Made by a program: the position numbers and the translations under genes. From positions 1-64,000 of the forward strand of contig NIVC01000387.1 in assembly GCA_002269645.1 (NCBI GenBank): a DNA stretch of 64,000 nt. Direction: 5' to 3'. Origin of the DNA: Macrostomum lignano. Its lineage: Eukaryota. The number at the start of each line of letters is the position of its first letter. The first letter of the stretch is position 1. The notes beneath the pieces are model-generated. The model saw only the letters and a list, made by a program, of their open reading frames with translations, searched no databases and had not been told where the DNA came from. Below are positions 1-10,938 of the stretch, piece by piece.

Positions 1-470
1 ACGCCCAAGGGTGCGCAGACCGCGGCGCCCGGTGGCCTGTGGCCGGTAGCGGGGCGCACTCTTTGTCCAGTCGGGGCGCCGGCCTTATACCCGGCGCCCG
101 GTGGACTGCCCAATAAATTAAGGCAAGAATTGGTTTACTCTACTAACAGTAGTATGCAGGGCTTTTACTGATATATTTTGCTCTGGCAGCAGCCTAGCTT
201 TCTGGTTGTTTCAAAATTGAATTTTTTCCAAATAATTTTCAGAGCTATCTGATTTTTTTAAGCAATTGTCTCTTCCATTATAAATTTAAACAACCTTGCT
301 GCTACCTGCTTACGAAGTTTGCCTTTTGTAAATTTTTTTGCAGTTCTTTAGAAAATTAGTTTGAGTCTATGAATGAAATCGAATAAGAAACTTAAATGTA
401 ATGAAATTTGAATTTATTTAGCGAAGTTAAATGGAACTGATATTAAACACAATATTAGAACGAAAAATAG

Positions 471-3400
471 TTAAGTTTTTGGCAACAAAGGTGTTGAAAG
501 AATGTCAGTTTTAAAATCATTTTGACAGCATTTACTCGTAAAATACGTGCTCTCATAATTAGAAGATTTTAAATTGTCCATCATCCAGCTCTCGCTGATC
601 TTCGGACCAGTTTGATCCACTTGATTCGGTTTCGTCATCAGATTCGAGAGAGCAGTCAGTGCGGTAGTTGGTTTTTGACTTTGCTGAACGGGGCGATGGT
701 TGTTCCGCTTTCGAGGCTGAGAATCCAACTGAATACTCGCTCGCTTTCTGGATTGGGAGCTCGGCTTTGCTGTCGCCGCTGGCGGCACTTCTCCCGCTGA
801 TAGTCGCGATGGTGTCTGTGACATTGGAAAGAAAACAAAAAATTACTGCATGCACATTTTATCTTACTGATAGTAGTATTTAATGCTTAGCAATCATAGT
901 ATTCATCGTTCATTATTCAGTTTAGATACGTTTTTACTCACTAGGGAAAAAGAAGATGAATGGCTGTGTCTTTGCACGGCGCTGCCAGAAGCGGGACTTT
1001 GAGTCGCTGCCACCAAAGACCGTCTTTGCACGGCGCTGCCAGAAGCGGGACTTTGAGTCGCTGCCACCAGAGATCGTCTTTGCACAGCGCTGCCAGAAGC
1101 GGGACTTGAGTCGCCACCAAGACGTCTTTGCACGGCGCTGCCAGAAGCGGGGCTTGGAGTCGCTGCCACCAGAGACTGTCTTTTTACGGCGCTGCCAGAA
1201 GCGGGGCTTGGAGTCGCTGCCACCAGAGACTGTCTTTGTACGGCGCTGCCAGAAGCGGGACTTTGAGTCGCTGCCACCAGAGACTGTCTTTGTACGGCGC
1301 TGCCAGAAGCGGGGCTTGGAGTCGCTGCCACCAGAGACTGTCTTTGTACGGCGCTGCCAGAAGCGGGGCTTGGAGTCGCTGCCACCAGAGACTGTCTTTG
1401 TACGGCGCTGCCAGAAGCGGGACTTTGAGTCGCTGCCACCAGAGACTGTCTTTGTACGGCGCTGCCAGAAGCGGGGCTTGGAGTCGCTGCCACCAGAGAC
1501 TGTCTTTGTACGGCGCTGTCAGAAGCGGGGCTTTGAGTCTGGACTCCGGAAAGCAGCTGGCTTCCTGTGCGATGCGACCGCCCCTTTAATCGGTCACCGC
1601 CATGCTTTAGCTGCTGTCTGCAAGTATTTCTTACAGATTGTTCAGAGGGCCTGCCGGCTTCAGCGGTCGCGCCATAGATGAATGTGATTGCTTCTGTTAG
1701 GAAAAAAGTTGAAAGTTACTATGAATAGCATGCACTGTGCTCGACTAATTTCTTGATATTTAGCTCTAAAAGTCTCATTGAACGTTGATTAAGTAGACTT
1801 ACTTTGGAAATGGCTGAGCAGAGTGCTCTGAAATCCAAGCTGCGCATCAGTAAGGTTGGTCGCAACTCCAGCAGCAACAGCTCGGCTTCGCATGTCTGAC
1901 CCGATTAAATTAATAACCGCCTGCATCTCTTTCGACAAGCTCTCGTTAAGCATTGCCATTAAAGCATCGGACCACTTGTCTCGCTTGCATGAACGTAGCA
2001 GGCTCTTCTGTTTAGATTTTTACAGGTGAGAATACTTATAGATTATTATTTCAGTGATAGTACTAGTGCGCTTTGAGTAGTAGTTAGAGCATTTCTTCTA
2101 ATGAAAAGAAAATAAAAAACTCTGTCATGAACTTACCAAAGTAGAAATATGTTCATTTGGACTGGAAGCGAATTGCACATATTTTTCCCAGGAGTTGATC
2201 GGCCAGAATGAAGGCTCAGAATTATCAGTTGGAATGTCAGCGCCAACAGGTTCCAAAAAGCGTAGCACGCTCTGCACTTCAGTGCGCATTGCGGTGATTT
2301 GTTTGGTCAAACTATTTTCTAATGCTTTCAATTCATTCTTGCGCATAGTAAGTTCGCGTAGGGCATATAAGGACAGAAACTTGATGCCTCTTGGACTTTC
2401 CAGCTCAAAGCTAACACCGGCTTGGATCTGCTCTTCTAGTTTTCTAAGAAAGCCAGAACCAAAATTAAAAGATGAAATGGTGGGAGGCGACTTAGGAATC
2501 GTCGATCGATCATCTGCTACGAACTCAGCTTCTATTTCAGCTTCCGCCTCAGCTTCCACCTCAGCTCCCATCTCAGCTTCCACCTCAGCTTCCGCCTCAG
2601 CTTCCGCCTCAGCTCCCATCTCAGCTTCCACCTCAGCTCCGATCTCAGCTTCCACCTCATCTTCCGCTTCAGCTTCCGCCTCAGCTTCCACTTCAGCTTC
2701 CGCCTCAGCTTCCACTTCAGCTTCCGCCTCAGCTTCCGCCTCAGCTTCCATATCGGCGTCTACGCCAGCTTCTGCTTCATCATCACTAATAGGAGGCATT
2801 GGCGCTAACTGTGCAATCGTAGGCGGATGTTGTTTAGGCAGCAAAGCTGGAGGTTGCAAACAGCGGCTGCTCTTATCTTCGAAGATTGCCTCGGAATCGG
2901 TGGCTGAGCCGTCTGACAGATTCTGTTTGGGATGGTTACGGCATGAGAAATTATCAAGTTAATGTCAGTTTTAAAGATTATTTTCACATTTAATTTCTTC
3001 CCTTTTCTTAAAAAATAGTTTAAAAGGTAAAACGGAGAAAACAAAGTTCTCGATAAAAATTATATGGGCTGTGCTTAATTTTACCTTAGTCTGGTAATGC
3101 CTTCGTGCTTTCTTCATGTCACGCTCCTGAAAGACTCTGGGTTGAACCAACTCGAGAATTCGGTTCAGTCGGGTCTTTTTGGCCACCAATTCACGCACAA
3201 AGCGGAAGCTCCCAGGCTCTAGGTTGTTGCTTAGTATTACCTTTAAATTAATGAGAAAATATGAGCGTACAAATATTAGATCGATTCAAGAATTTTAACA
3301 TTTCAATCGTTGGGATCGGTTGCTTACCTGAATAATTAGAGCAGAGTAAAAACAGCCTTCATACAAGGCTTCACACTTCCACTTCTCAGTGGAGTCCCTC

Positions 3401-3513
3401 TTTTCTAACCATTCCTCTTCCTTAAGGTTTTGAAAGCCTTCAGGAAGCTTCACTTCGCTTTCCGAGACCTCAACAATTTGACGGTCGTCTTTAAAGATCA
3501 CTAAAAACTTCAT
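471..3513 (-). CDS. Transposon accessory protein (DUF4806/BEN-like, TnpA-role), six exons, ~809 aa
   Basis: Exons 3513-3328, 3240-3085, 2922-2137, 2007-1803, 1693-942, 815-471. All five introns are GT-AG and phase-compatible; total 2430 nt. The product contains [44 protein letters not shown]...[18 protein letters not shown]...[15 protein letters not shown], which by recall resembles DUF4806 proteins of animal CACTA elements. AATAAA lies on the minus strand near 414-419. Confidence 0.75.
961..1545 (-). repeat. 54-bp minisatellite, in frame within exon 5 of the accessory gene
   Basis: Unit gtctttgtacggcgctgccagaagcggggcttggagtcgctgccaccagagact, about 10 copies; reads [18 protein letters not shown] on the minus strand. 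Confidence 0.95.
2521..2780 (-). repeat. Coding low-complexity (Glu-Ala)n tract
   Basis: tcagcttccgcc-type 6/12-bp repeats giving [11 protein letters not shown] in exon 3 of the accessory gene. Confidence 0.9.
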
Positions 3514-3877
3514 TGTAGCATGCAGACTAGACTATGCTAGTGCAAAACTGAGTACCAAATAAAGCAAGAGTTTGGAGCTCACACTATAGTTTATGCTTAT
3601 TTAATGATTCAGTGGTTTAGGTTGCTTCTAGAAGCAATTGTCTTCTATAGTTCTTCGAATGAAAAAGGCCGCCCTGGCTTTTCCAATTTCATTGGCCCTA
3701 CCGTCCCCGCATCCATACCTGTCCAATCAGCGCGCACAAACCCCCAAAGGAATAGTTTTCAATTCTTCCCAGCTTTTGTTCATATCCTTTCTTTAATACG
3801 AAATAAGCAATCGTAGTAATTACTTTATTATTATTACAACAGTCAACTATCATCAAAGTCTGATTCGGACGAAAACA
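3514..3877. promoter_or_regulatory. Putative bidirectional promoter between accessory gene and transposase
   Basis: 364 bp separate the divergent ATGs. Oppositely oriented CCAAT-like boxes: cattggcc (~3690) and ccaatcag (~3723). Confidence 0.5.
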
Positions 3878-5905
3878 ATGACAAGGCAATTGAGGCGACA
3901 AGCAAATAAGGATTTGCTGGGCTTGTTCATGGAAGGAGAACAAGAAGCTTTGGAAGACATCGCACTGCAAGAGAAAAAAAGAAAAGTATTCGAAGCAGAT
4001 GATTCTGGGAGAGTCGCCGGTTTCATCGCTTCGGAGTCCTCTGTAGCAGAAGTCAATGAAGGTACGGATCCAGATCTTGACAACGACAATGGCAGCTATC
4101 CTGATTTTGACGAGTTCGCGCGAGTTTGCAGCGATGAAGATGAGGAGATTGACAAGAAAGAGGATGACCGCTCTTTAGAAGATAAAATATTCGCCTTGCT
4201 GGTAGTCTACTTTTCTTGTTTCAACCTAAGTCGTGGATCTAAAAAATTCCTTGTTGATGGTCTAAGAGACATAGGCTTGCCTGCGCCGAAGTCTGTCAAC
4301 TCTATTGAGGCCGTCATCAATGCTGGCGATCCAACGGAAAAATTGGAGCCCATGGGAAAAGGCCATTTTCGCTACATTTCGATTCTGAAAAATCTAGAAC
4401 TAATGTTTCGCAAAAACCAGCTGCACATGAAGCCAGAATATCTACAACACGATAGTGAAACTGAGAAGGTTTACAAAATTGAAGCCATCGTTAATTTTGA
4501 CGGCTTGCCTTTGTACCGAGCAAGCCACTTCGGTCTTTGGCCCATACTTATGTCTATTCCCAGCATATTCAGCAGACCTTTTCCAGTAGCCGTATGGGCT
4601 GGTTGTGGCAAGCCACCTCTGAATGATTATCTTCGACAATTTTGCGACGAGGCTAAACGTTTTCTTACGGGTCCAATAAAAATTATCGAAAATTTAAGCA
4701 TCAGCTTCTCGACTATCCGATTTGTTTGCGATGCGCCTGCTCGAGCCTGGGTCTCAGTAACTCAAGGGCACATGTCGTACGTCGGTTGCATGTACTGCAG
4801 GGCTACTGGACCTTATACCGACAACAGAGTAACATTTTCAACGAGCGTCGGGGAGTCTCGTAGCAGCCAACAATACCGAGAGGGAAAGGAGTCTAACCAG
4901 GAAAATAAAAAAATCGCTCTATCGCCCCTTCTAAATTTGCCTAACATTAGTTTTGTCGATGCTTTTCCCCCTGACTACCAGCATGCCGTATGCCTTGGAG
5001 TCACAAGGAAGCTATTTTACCTATTTTTCGACAAATCTAATGGCAAGAAGTGTCTCGTCTATCCCGGTCCGATGAGCCTATTGGGCGACCGAATTACTAT
5101 GGCTGCCGGTTGGACACCTTCAAACTTTCAACGAAGACCCCGGAAAATCGACTTGGAACTGAAGCACATGAAGGCTACTGAATTCAGACAGTACTTGCTG
5201 TACCTAGGACCTGTCCTCTTCAAAGGCATTTTAAATGAAGAAAGGTATAACCACTTTCTTTACCTCCATTTCGCCATTTACGCATACTCCAACGAAAGGT
5301 ACTCCAAGTGGTGGACGCAGGCAAAAACTTGCATTGAAGTTTTTGTTGAACGGGCTGCCCACCTTTACGGCCAGAAGTTTATAAGTTTCAATCTTCACAC
5401 TATTCTTCATTTGGATGAGTTTGTCCGAAAGCTAGGCAGTTTAAACAACTTTTCGACTTTCCCTTTCGAAAACTTTCTTGGATCTGTAAAGCGCCGCGTA
5501 AAGGTGACAAGGCACATGGCAGCGCATTCAGTTAAGCAGGTGCTCAGAGTTCGCGATCTTCTGTTGAATGAGCAGCGAATTCCACCGTTGAAATTCAGCA
5601 CAAAGCGAGGTGATAATTGTTGCATAATCGACAAAGTATGCGTCCTAATCGAAGCTGTAAGTGAAGCTAATCAAGTCACTGGCAGGATTTTACACCCAGT
5701 TGACAACATCTACGCCAACCCATATCCATCTTTGCGTCTGGGAATCGGCTTGTACAGGATGACATCTGGTGTTCTAACTGGCACACCTGAGCGAAAGTGC
5801 TGGATTTTGCCTGCGAATCTGCTTGCCAATCTTGCTGGAGCGGACAGGGATCCAGCAAGCCATTTTTTTGTCATTCCTCTGACAGGTGACTCCGAGGAGG
5901 CCTGA
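3878..5905 (+). CDS. CACTA/EnSpm (CMC superfamily) DDE transposase, 675 aa, uninterrupted
   Basis: Motifs NFDGLPLY (D1), FVCDAPARAW (D2), GHMSYVGCMYC (H/CxxC), DYQHAVCLGV, KATEFRQYLLY and HTILHL...FSTFPFENFLG (E) match the CMC transposase signature. Confidence 0.9.
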   Translation: MTRQLRRQANKDLLGLFMEGEQEALEDIALQEKKRKVFEADDSGRVAGFIASESSVAEVNEGTDPDLDNDNGSYPDFDEFARVCSDEDEEIDKKEDDRSLEDKIFALLVVYFSCFNLSRGSKKFLVDGLRDIGLPAPKSVNSIEAVINAGDPTEKLEPMGKGHFRYISILKNLELMFRKNQLHMKPEYLQHDSETEKVYKIEAIVNFDGLPLYRASHFGLWPILMSIPSIFSRPFPVAVWAGCGKPPLNDYLRQFCDEAKRFLTGPIKIIENLSISFSTIRFVCDAPARAWVSVTQGHMSYVGCMYCRATGPYTDNRVTFSTSVGESRSSQQYREGKESNQENKKIALSPLLNLPNISFVDAFPPDYQHAVCLGVTRKLFYLFFDKSNGKKCLVYPGPMSLLGDRITMAAGWTPSNFQRRPRKIDLELKHMKATEFRQYLLYLGPVLFKGILNEERYNHFLYLHFAIYAYSNERYSKWWTQAKTCIEVFVERAAHLYGQKFISFNLHTILHLDEFVRKLGSLNNFSTFPFENFLGSVKRRVKVTRHMAAHSVKQVLRVRDLLLNEQRIPPLKFSTKRGDNCCIIDKVCVLIEAVSEANQVTGRILHPVDNIYANPYPSLRLGIGLYRMTSGVLTGTPERKCWILPANLLANLAGADRDPASHFFVIPLTGDSEEA

Positions 5906-7557
5906 TGTAGGACGCGTGAGTCGCAAGTGAGTACTAAAAATATCTTTCTCTGGTTTTTTATATCAATCCGATTTCCTTCTATCTCGATTCTCGTATTCCC
6001 TGTATTCTGCAATTCTGCAATTTCTTCCTGTATATGTTCTCAGCTTCAACACGCAGACATGATTGTAGATTGTGAGTTAAATATTAGTATATTACGATGC
6101 ATACTCGATCGCAACTGCCATTTTATCTTTACTTTTAGGATCCGCAGTTTCACGAGTTTACTACAAGCCTGGCGATCGGTCATTCATGAACTGGAGTTAT
6201 TTTAGAGACTGATTATATTGATTCTATCTTTATTGTTTACATTCTTGAACCCTAGAATTAGGTACAGCTTAAAATTCGGTGTTATAGAGGCCGGAGGGGT
6301 AATTTAGCTCAAAACTGTGTAGGAGGGGTGGAGGGGCCGGAAACTTAGTGGGAGGTGATGCCGCTGTATGTGGCTGAAATGGGGGATTTATTTTCTTAAA
6401 CCCCAGTATACGAGTATGAAATACTAATGGTATTGTATACAGTATTCCTACCTCCAATTCAAGCCAACAGAATTTTTGTAATATTTTACTTATCCCATTG
6501 ATAATAATCAACTAGCTGCACAACTGTAATTTCCATCTGTTACCATCTGGTTTTACTTTTAAGCACATATAAAATGCTATGAATATTTTCTTTCTTTTGC
6601 TGGCACCTATTTTAGGTCAGATCGAATCAATACTTTCCGTATCAAAGTATTTATGTGTTTATGCTAGGTTGTAACTTATAGACCTTGTCAAGCCTCGCAC
6701 GAAATTCGTCTTTGTTCTTCCTTTATCTTTGGTGCAATATGGGAATAGAAAAAACTTGATGACCTGCACTGATAAGGAGTCAGGACAGTTTGTTTGTTTC
6801 GCATAGGTTCGCTTAAGCAGGCAAGAACGGTACAACGTAGAAATTCCCATATCACTTCTCTAGCCTTTCTTCTAACCCCCCCCCACCCAACTGAAATGAA
6901 TTGGCCAAAATTAGCTGTCACCTCTAGGTTAAAATAATTCCTTGCATTGCCCTGTCATTACGGGTTATTGCCACTGGCCAGGAAATTCAAAACATTTTTC
7001 TAAGAGCAACTCAAAATGAGTAAGCTTTATACAGGCTATAATTGATGAGAGATTTCTGTTAATGAGAGATAAAGCCCACACGGGTTTTATTGATGTCGGG
7101 TTGTAAAAGACGATCGCAAATAGAGAACAATATAGCGAGAATATTCAAGCTGGCGGACGTGCGCCGAGCTATAATTTTCTGTTAACTCGGGGATTCAGTA
7201 AGACTAGAATAATTGAGTGGCAAAAACTGTCATGAGAACGCAAAGGCACTTTGAAACCTTTATGATTCAGTGGATTTATTCATCCGGAAAAATGACAAGG
7301 CGGGGGTTAGATTGTTATTTATTCATGACCTGTCCCATTTGAGCTCTGACCGCCTCTGAATATGAAAACTGAGAAAATATCTATGTCTATGTATCCCTCC
7401 TTATCAAAATGTGACTGAGTGACTGTGCCCTACTCGTAATCGGGGAGATAAATGAAGGGGAGACAGGGGAGACAGTCTCCTATCTCCAATCTCCCATGTC
7501 TCTTATTTGCCATTATGCAGTTAACTGGGCCCGTCATGCATAGCCTACTGCAGGCTG

Positions 7558-7600
7558 CAGGGGTCAGCAAACTCCAGCCCACGGGCCACATGCGGCCCGC
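7558..7600 (+). mobile_element. hAT/Charlie-like 5' terminus fragment
   Basis: caggggtcagcaaactccagcccacgggccacatgcggcccgc resembles Charlie-type MITE ends; no partner terminus found. Confidence 0.45.
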
Positions 7601-7759
7601 AGTCTCTCTATCCAGCCCTCGGGTCCTTTCTAACTTCCCATGCCAATAACAATCCAGCCCGCTCAAGGTTTGCATCTCTTCTCAGCTTTTTTGCTAATTT
7701 CTTCTCCTTTTCTCATCAAAATCTCCCCTCTCTCCTCCTTTCCCCTCTTTCCTTGCTCC

Positions 7760-7911
7760 CAGTGGCGCAACCAGGGGGGGCGGGGGGGGGGGGCGGGGCC
7801 CCCCCTTAGGCGGAGACCCAGAAAAAATTGAAGGGGGACCAAGCGAATTTTCGCCAAAAACAGAGCCTCCCCTCCGCCCCCTCCCTCAAAAAATTTCTGG
7901 TTGCCCTACTG
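7760..7911. mobile_element. hAT-type MITE, 152 bp
   Basis: TIRs cagtggcgcaaccag / ctggttgccctactg (12/15). Exact 8-bp TSD cttgctcc at 7752-7759 and 7912-7919. Confidence 0.85.
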
Positions 7912-8787
7912 CTTGCTCCCTTCCTCTGACATCTCTCCTTTCGCCTCTCTCCTCTCTCCCTTTATCTCCCTTCTTTCTCTCATCTCGCCTCTCTCCTCTC
8001 TTCCCTCCTCTCACATCTCACATCTCTCCCCTCTCCCCTCCACTCTCCTCCTTCTGGCCCGCAGTCTTGAGCTAGATTCTCTATCTGGCACTTAAAGTAA
8101 AATAGTTAGCCAATCCCTCGCAAGGAATTTCGATCATTACAATGAGCAAAAGTTGACATTAACAAAATTTTGGCGGGCGCGTTGTGCCAAGCCTGAACAG
8201 CTTCTCTAGACAGCACTCTGTGCTCTCCAGAATTACTTGAACTGTTAGCAGTGGCGCAAGCAGAATTTCTTATGTGGGGGGGGGGCGGATTCTGAAGGGT
8301 AAAGACCCAAGGGGGCGGAGGGGTGGCTCTGTATTTTGGCAAAAATGCGCTTGGTCCCCCTTTAATACAGCTTGGCAAACCTGATTGATTTTCCGGGATT
8401 TCCCCTGTCCTAGTTGTATTTCTCTAAAATTCTGGAAGATAAATCGAGATTCTAGATAATAGCTGCATCTAAGATTAGTTTGTTTTGCTATCGCATTGTA
8501 CCGTACAATTAATTATTGAAAATTTTAAACCTTTGCTGGCATACGCATATGTTATCTTTGACCTTACCTGTTGTTTAATAGGTAAATTATTACTGTATGG
8601 AGGTACATGTAGATATAGGCATTTTGACTGTCAACTGTCCACCCCATACAAGCATACGGCTTTCAAATAATTATGCAACCTTGTGCAAGGGTATGCCGCC
8701 TACTTACATGTAAAACTTTGAAATGAGTATTTATTTACGCCACTATCCAAGGGGGGGGGGGCGCGGCCGCGGGAGACCGACAGCGGA

Positions 8788-9365
8788 GACCGCCACAATT
8801 TGCCCGCCAGACAATTTGCCCGCCAGACAATTTGCCCGCCAGACAATTTGCCCGCCAGACAATTTGCCCGCCAGACAATTTGCCCGCCAGACAATTTGCC
8901 CGCCAGACAATTTGCCCGCCAGACAATTTGCCCGCCAGACAATTTGCCCGCCAGACAATTTGCCCGCCAGACAATTTGCCCGCCAGACAATTTGCCCGCC
9001 AGACAATTTGCCCGCCAGACAATTTGCCCGCCAGACAATTTGCCCGCCAGACAATTTGCCCGCCAGACAATTTGCCCGCCAGACAATTTGCCCGCCAGAC
9101 AATTTGCCCGCCAGACAATTTGCCCGCCAGACAATTTGCCCGCCAGACAATTTGCCCGCCAGACAATTTGCCCGCCAGACAATTTGCCCGCCAGACAATT
9201 TGCCCGCCAGACAATTTGCCCGCCAGACAATTTGCCCGCCAGACAATTTGCCCGCCAGACAATTTGCCCGCCAGACAATTTGCCCGCCAGACAATTTGCC
9301 CGCCAGACAATTTGCCCGCCGCCCTATTTCACCTTGAAAAGAACGGCGATCAAATTGTGGCGGTC
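8788..9365. repeat. 16-bp minisatellite (~33 copies) bracketed by a perfect 15-bp inverted repeat
   Basis: Unit acaatttgcccgccag spans ~8796-9320. gaccgccacaatttg (8788-8802) and caaattgtggcggtc (9351-9365) are exact reverse complements. Confidence 0.92.
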
Positions 9366-10390
9366 AAATGTACTCGTAGATGTAGTAGACCCGGCGGCCG
9401 CCCCCTTTGCCATGGCTGGACTTGCATATAAGGGGGGTAAATTTTGAGCTTACTTTGGCTTTTTAGACCAAAACAAAAATTTGGGCAAATCTGCCCCCAC
9501 TACTTTAAAAATCCTGAATTGACCACCAAATCGGACTCATCTAAATGAAAACTTAAGAATACAAGCAACATTGTACATGCGCTAGTGCTTAAGTAGTGGA
9601 GTATTAAAAAATATATTTTTTGTTGCGTTGATTTCGAAGATCAAAAGGTATTACTTATAAGTAGGTAGGCTAAAACGCACACTTTTGCGTTCACATCCAA
9701 TTTCTGAAGTGTATGAAACTCAGAAAAATTTGCACGAGTCGCCTATACCCCACTTTGGAGCTTGCAGCAATTTTTCAAAGAGATGGCTGCTCAAAGGGTT
9801 AAAAGTTCAAGTTAGCTGTAGTATGAGGATTGGTCAATGCAAATAAATAATGAGCTCATTATACAAGAAAATAATTAATAAGGATATCAATAGTTCGCCC
9901 CACTGTCCACTGCACGTACTGAAAGGCGTACTGTCAGGTTCGAGCACAAAAACACCCGAAACTAAAAAAATCAACTTTAAAAATTCTGCTCTTTACATAA
10001 TTTCCTCACAAAAATATTTCATACGTACAAAGAAGAAAACCTACAAACTTTTATCTTGCGGGATGGGGCGTACCCTTGAGGGCCGCCGGGGCGCCGGCCT
10101 AGAGGGTACGCCCCAATTTTTCTAACCACTGGGTCCAGTTCATCCAGTTCGGCATCACCGCGTACACTGTGAATTCATAAACGCGAGCAAACATGCAGTT
10201 ACCCATGCAAATGCTACTTAAATAGAAGGACGGGAAACTACATATGTACGTTTCTTGAAAAATTTGAGTGGTTGTACGTAGTAGCATATAAAATTAACAA
10301 AGAATCCTGGCTATATAAGCGAAAATCTCTACCGTACGAATTATTATCAAAAAGAGATGTAAGAAAGAAAAGACATACATCCATGTAAGT

Positions 10391-10798
10391 CAGTGGCGGC
10401 GCAGGGGGGAGCGGGGGGGGGGCGGGCTGCCCCGGGTGACCACCCCTCACCACCCTCAGGGGGTGACCACCCCCAGGGGGTGACCACCCACTTAAAAAAA
10501 ATTGGTACTTTCGTCTTTACCATATTTTTCAAAAGTGTGGTCACCCCATGGGGCATGGGGGTGGTCACCTGAGACCTCAGGGGGGTGGTCACCCGGTAGG
10601 GCCTGTAGGCTGTAAGGGTGGTCACCCTTTGAGGGCGAACCGCGAACTGGGCCTGGGCGATAACGAATCCTAACGATTTTGGAAAGCTTTTTTTTCTTCT
10701 TTTTTTATAATTTTTTCTGGGGGTGACCACCCAGCCGGGGGGGTGACCACCCAACCACCGCCCCCCCCCCACCAGCTGGAGGTCCTGCGCCGCCACTG
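10391..10798. mobile_element. hAT-type MITE, 408 bp, with subterminal GGTGACCACC motifs
   Basis: Perfect 15-bp TIRs cagtggcggcgcagg / cctgcgccgccactg. Exact 8-bp TSD atgtaagt at 10383-10390 and 10799-10806. About nine ggtgaccacc/ggtggtcacc motifs occur in both orientations. Confidence 0.93.
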
Positions 10799-10938
10799 AT
10801 GTAAGTTAAGCTATCTCAGTGCATTTTTCGGTAAAACCTGCATCGCTGTAATATATTTTTCCAAGGAATTTACTTTCTCGCCCTGCTTGAGTAGTAGTCC
10901 TTGTTGCATGGCACCCGTGTTGACAGATACGCCGCTTT

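Larger units (their letters stand above)
471..5905. mobile_element. CACTA/EnSpm-type DNA transposon (minimum extent; termini not located)
   Basis: Transposase plus divergent accessory gene. I could not find convincing TIRs or a TSD. Confidence 0.8.

Noticed and set aside
2195-2962. 255-aa plus-strand ORF and other antisense ORFs over GC-rich exons (e.g. 29640-30161, 61567-62454)
   Set aside because: Shadow frames of the true genes on the opposite strand.
100-6450. Candidate TIRs for the CACTA element (cccaata at ~109, cccagta at ~6402, caagaat/attcttg)
   Set aside because: Matches too short, not correctly oriented as a pair, and no 2-3 bp TSD established.
8700-9447. Six overlapping ~190-215 aa ORFs
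   Set aside because: Stop-free translation of a 16-bp tandem repeat in all frames; no coding evidence.
10064-10115. 13-bp GC hairpin as Helitron 3' end or terminator
   Set aside because: No CTRR-T terminus at the expected distance. It shares ggggcgccggcct with the GC-rich fragment at 1-110 and is more likely MITE debris.
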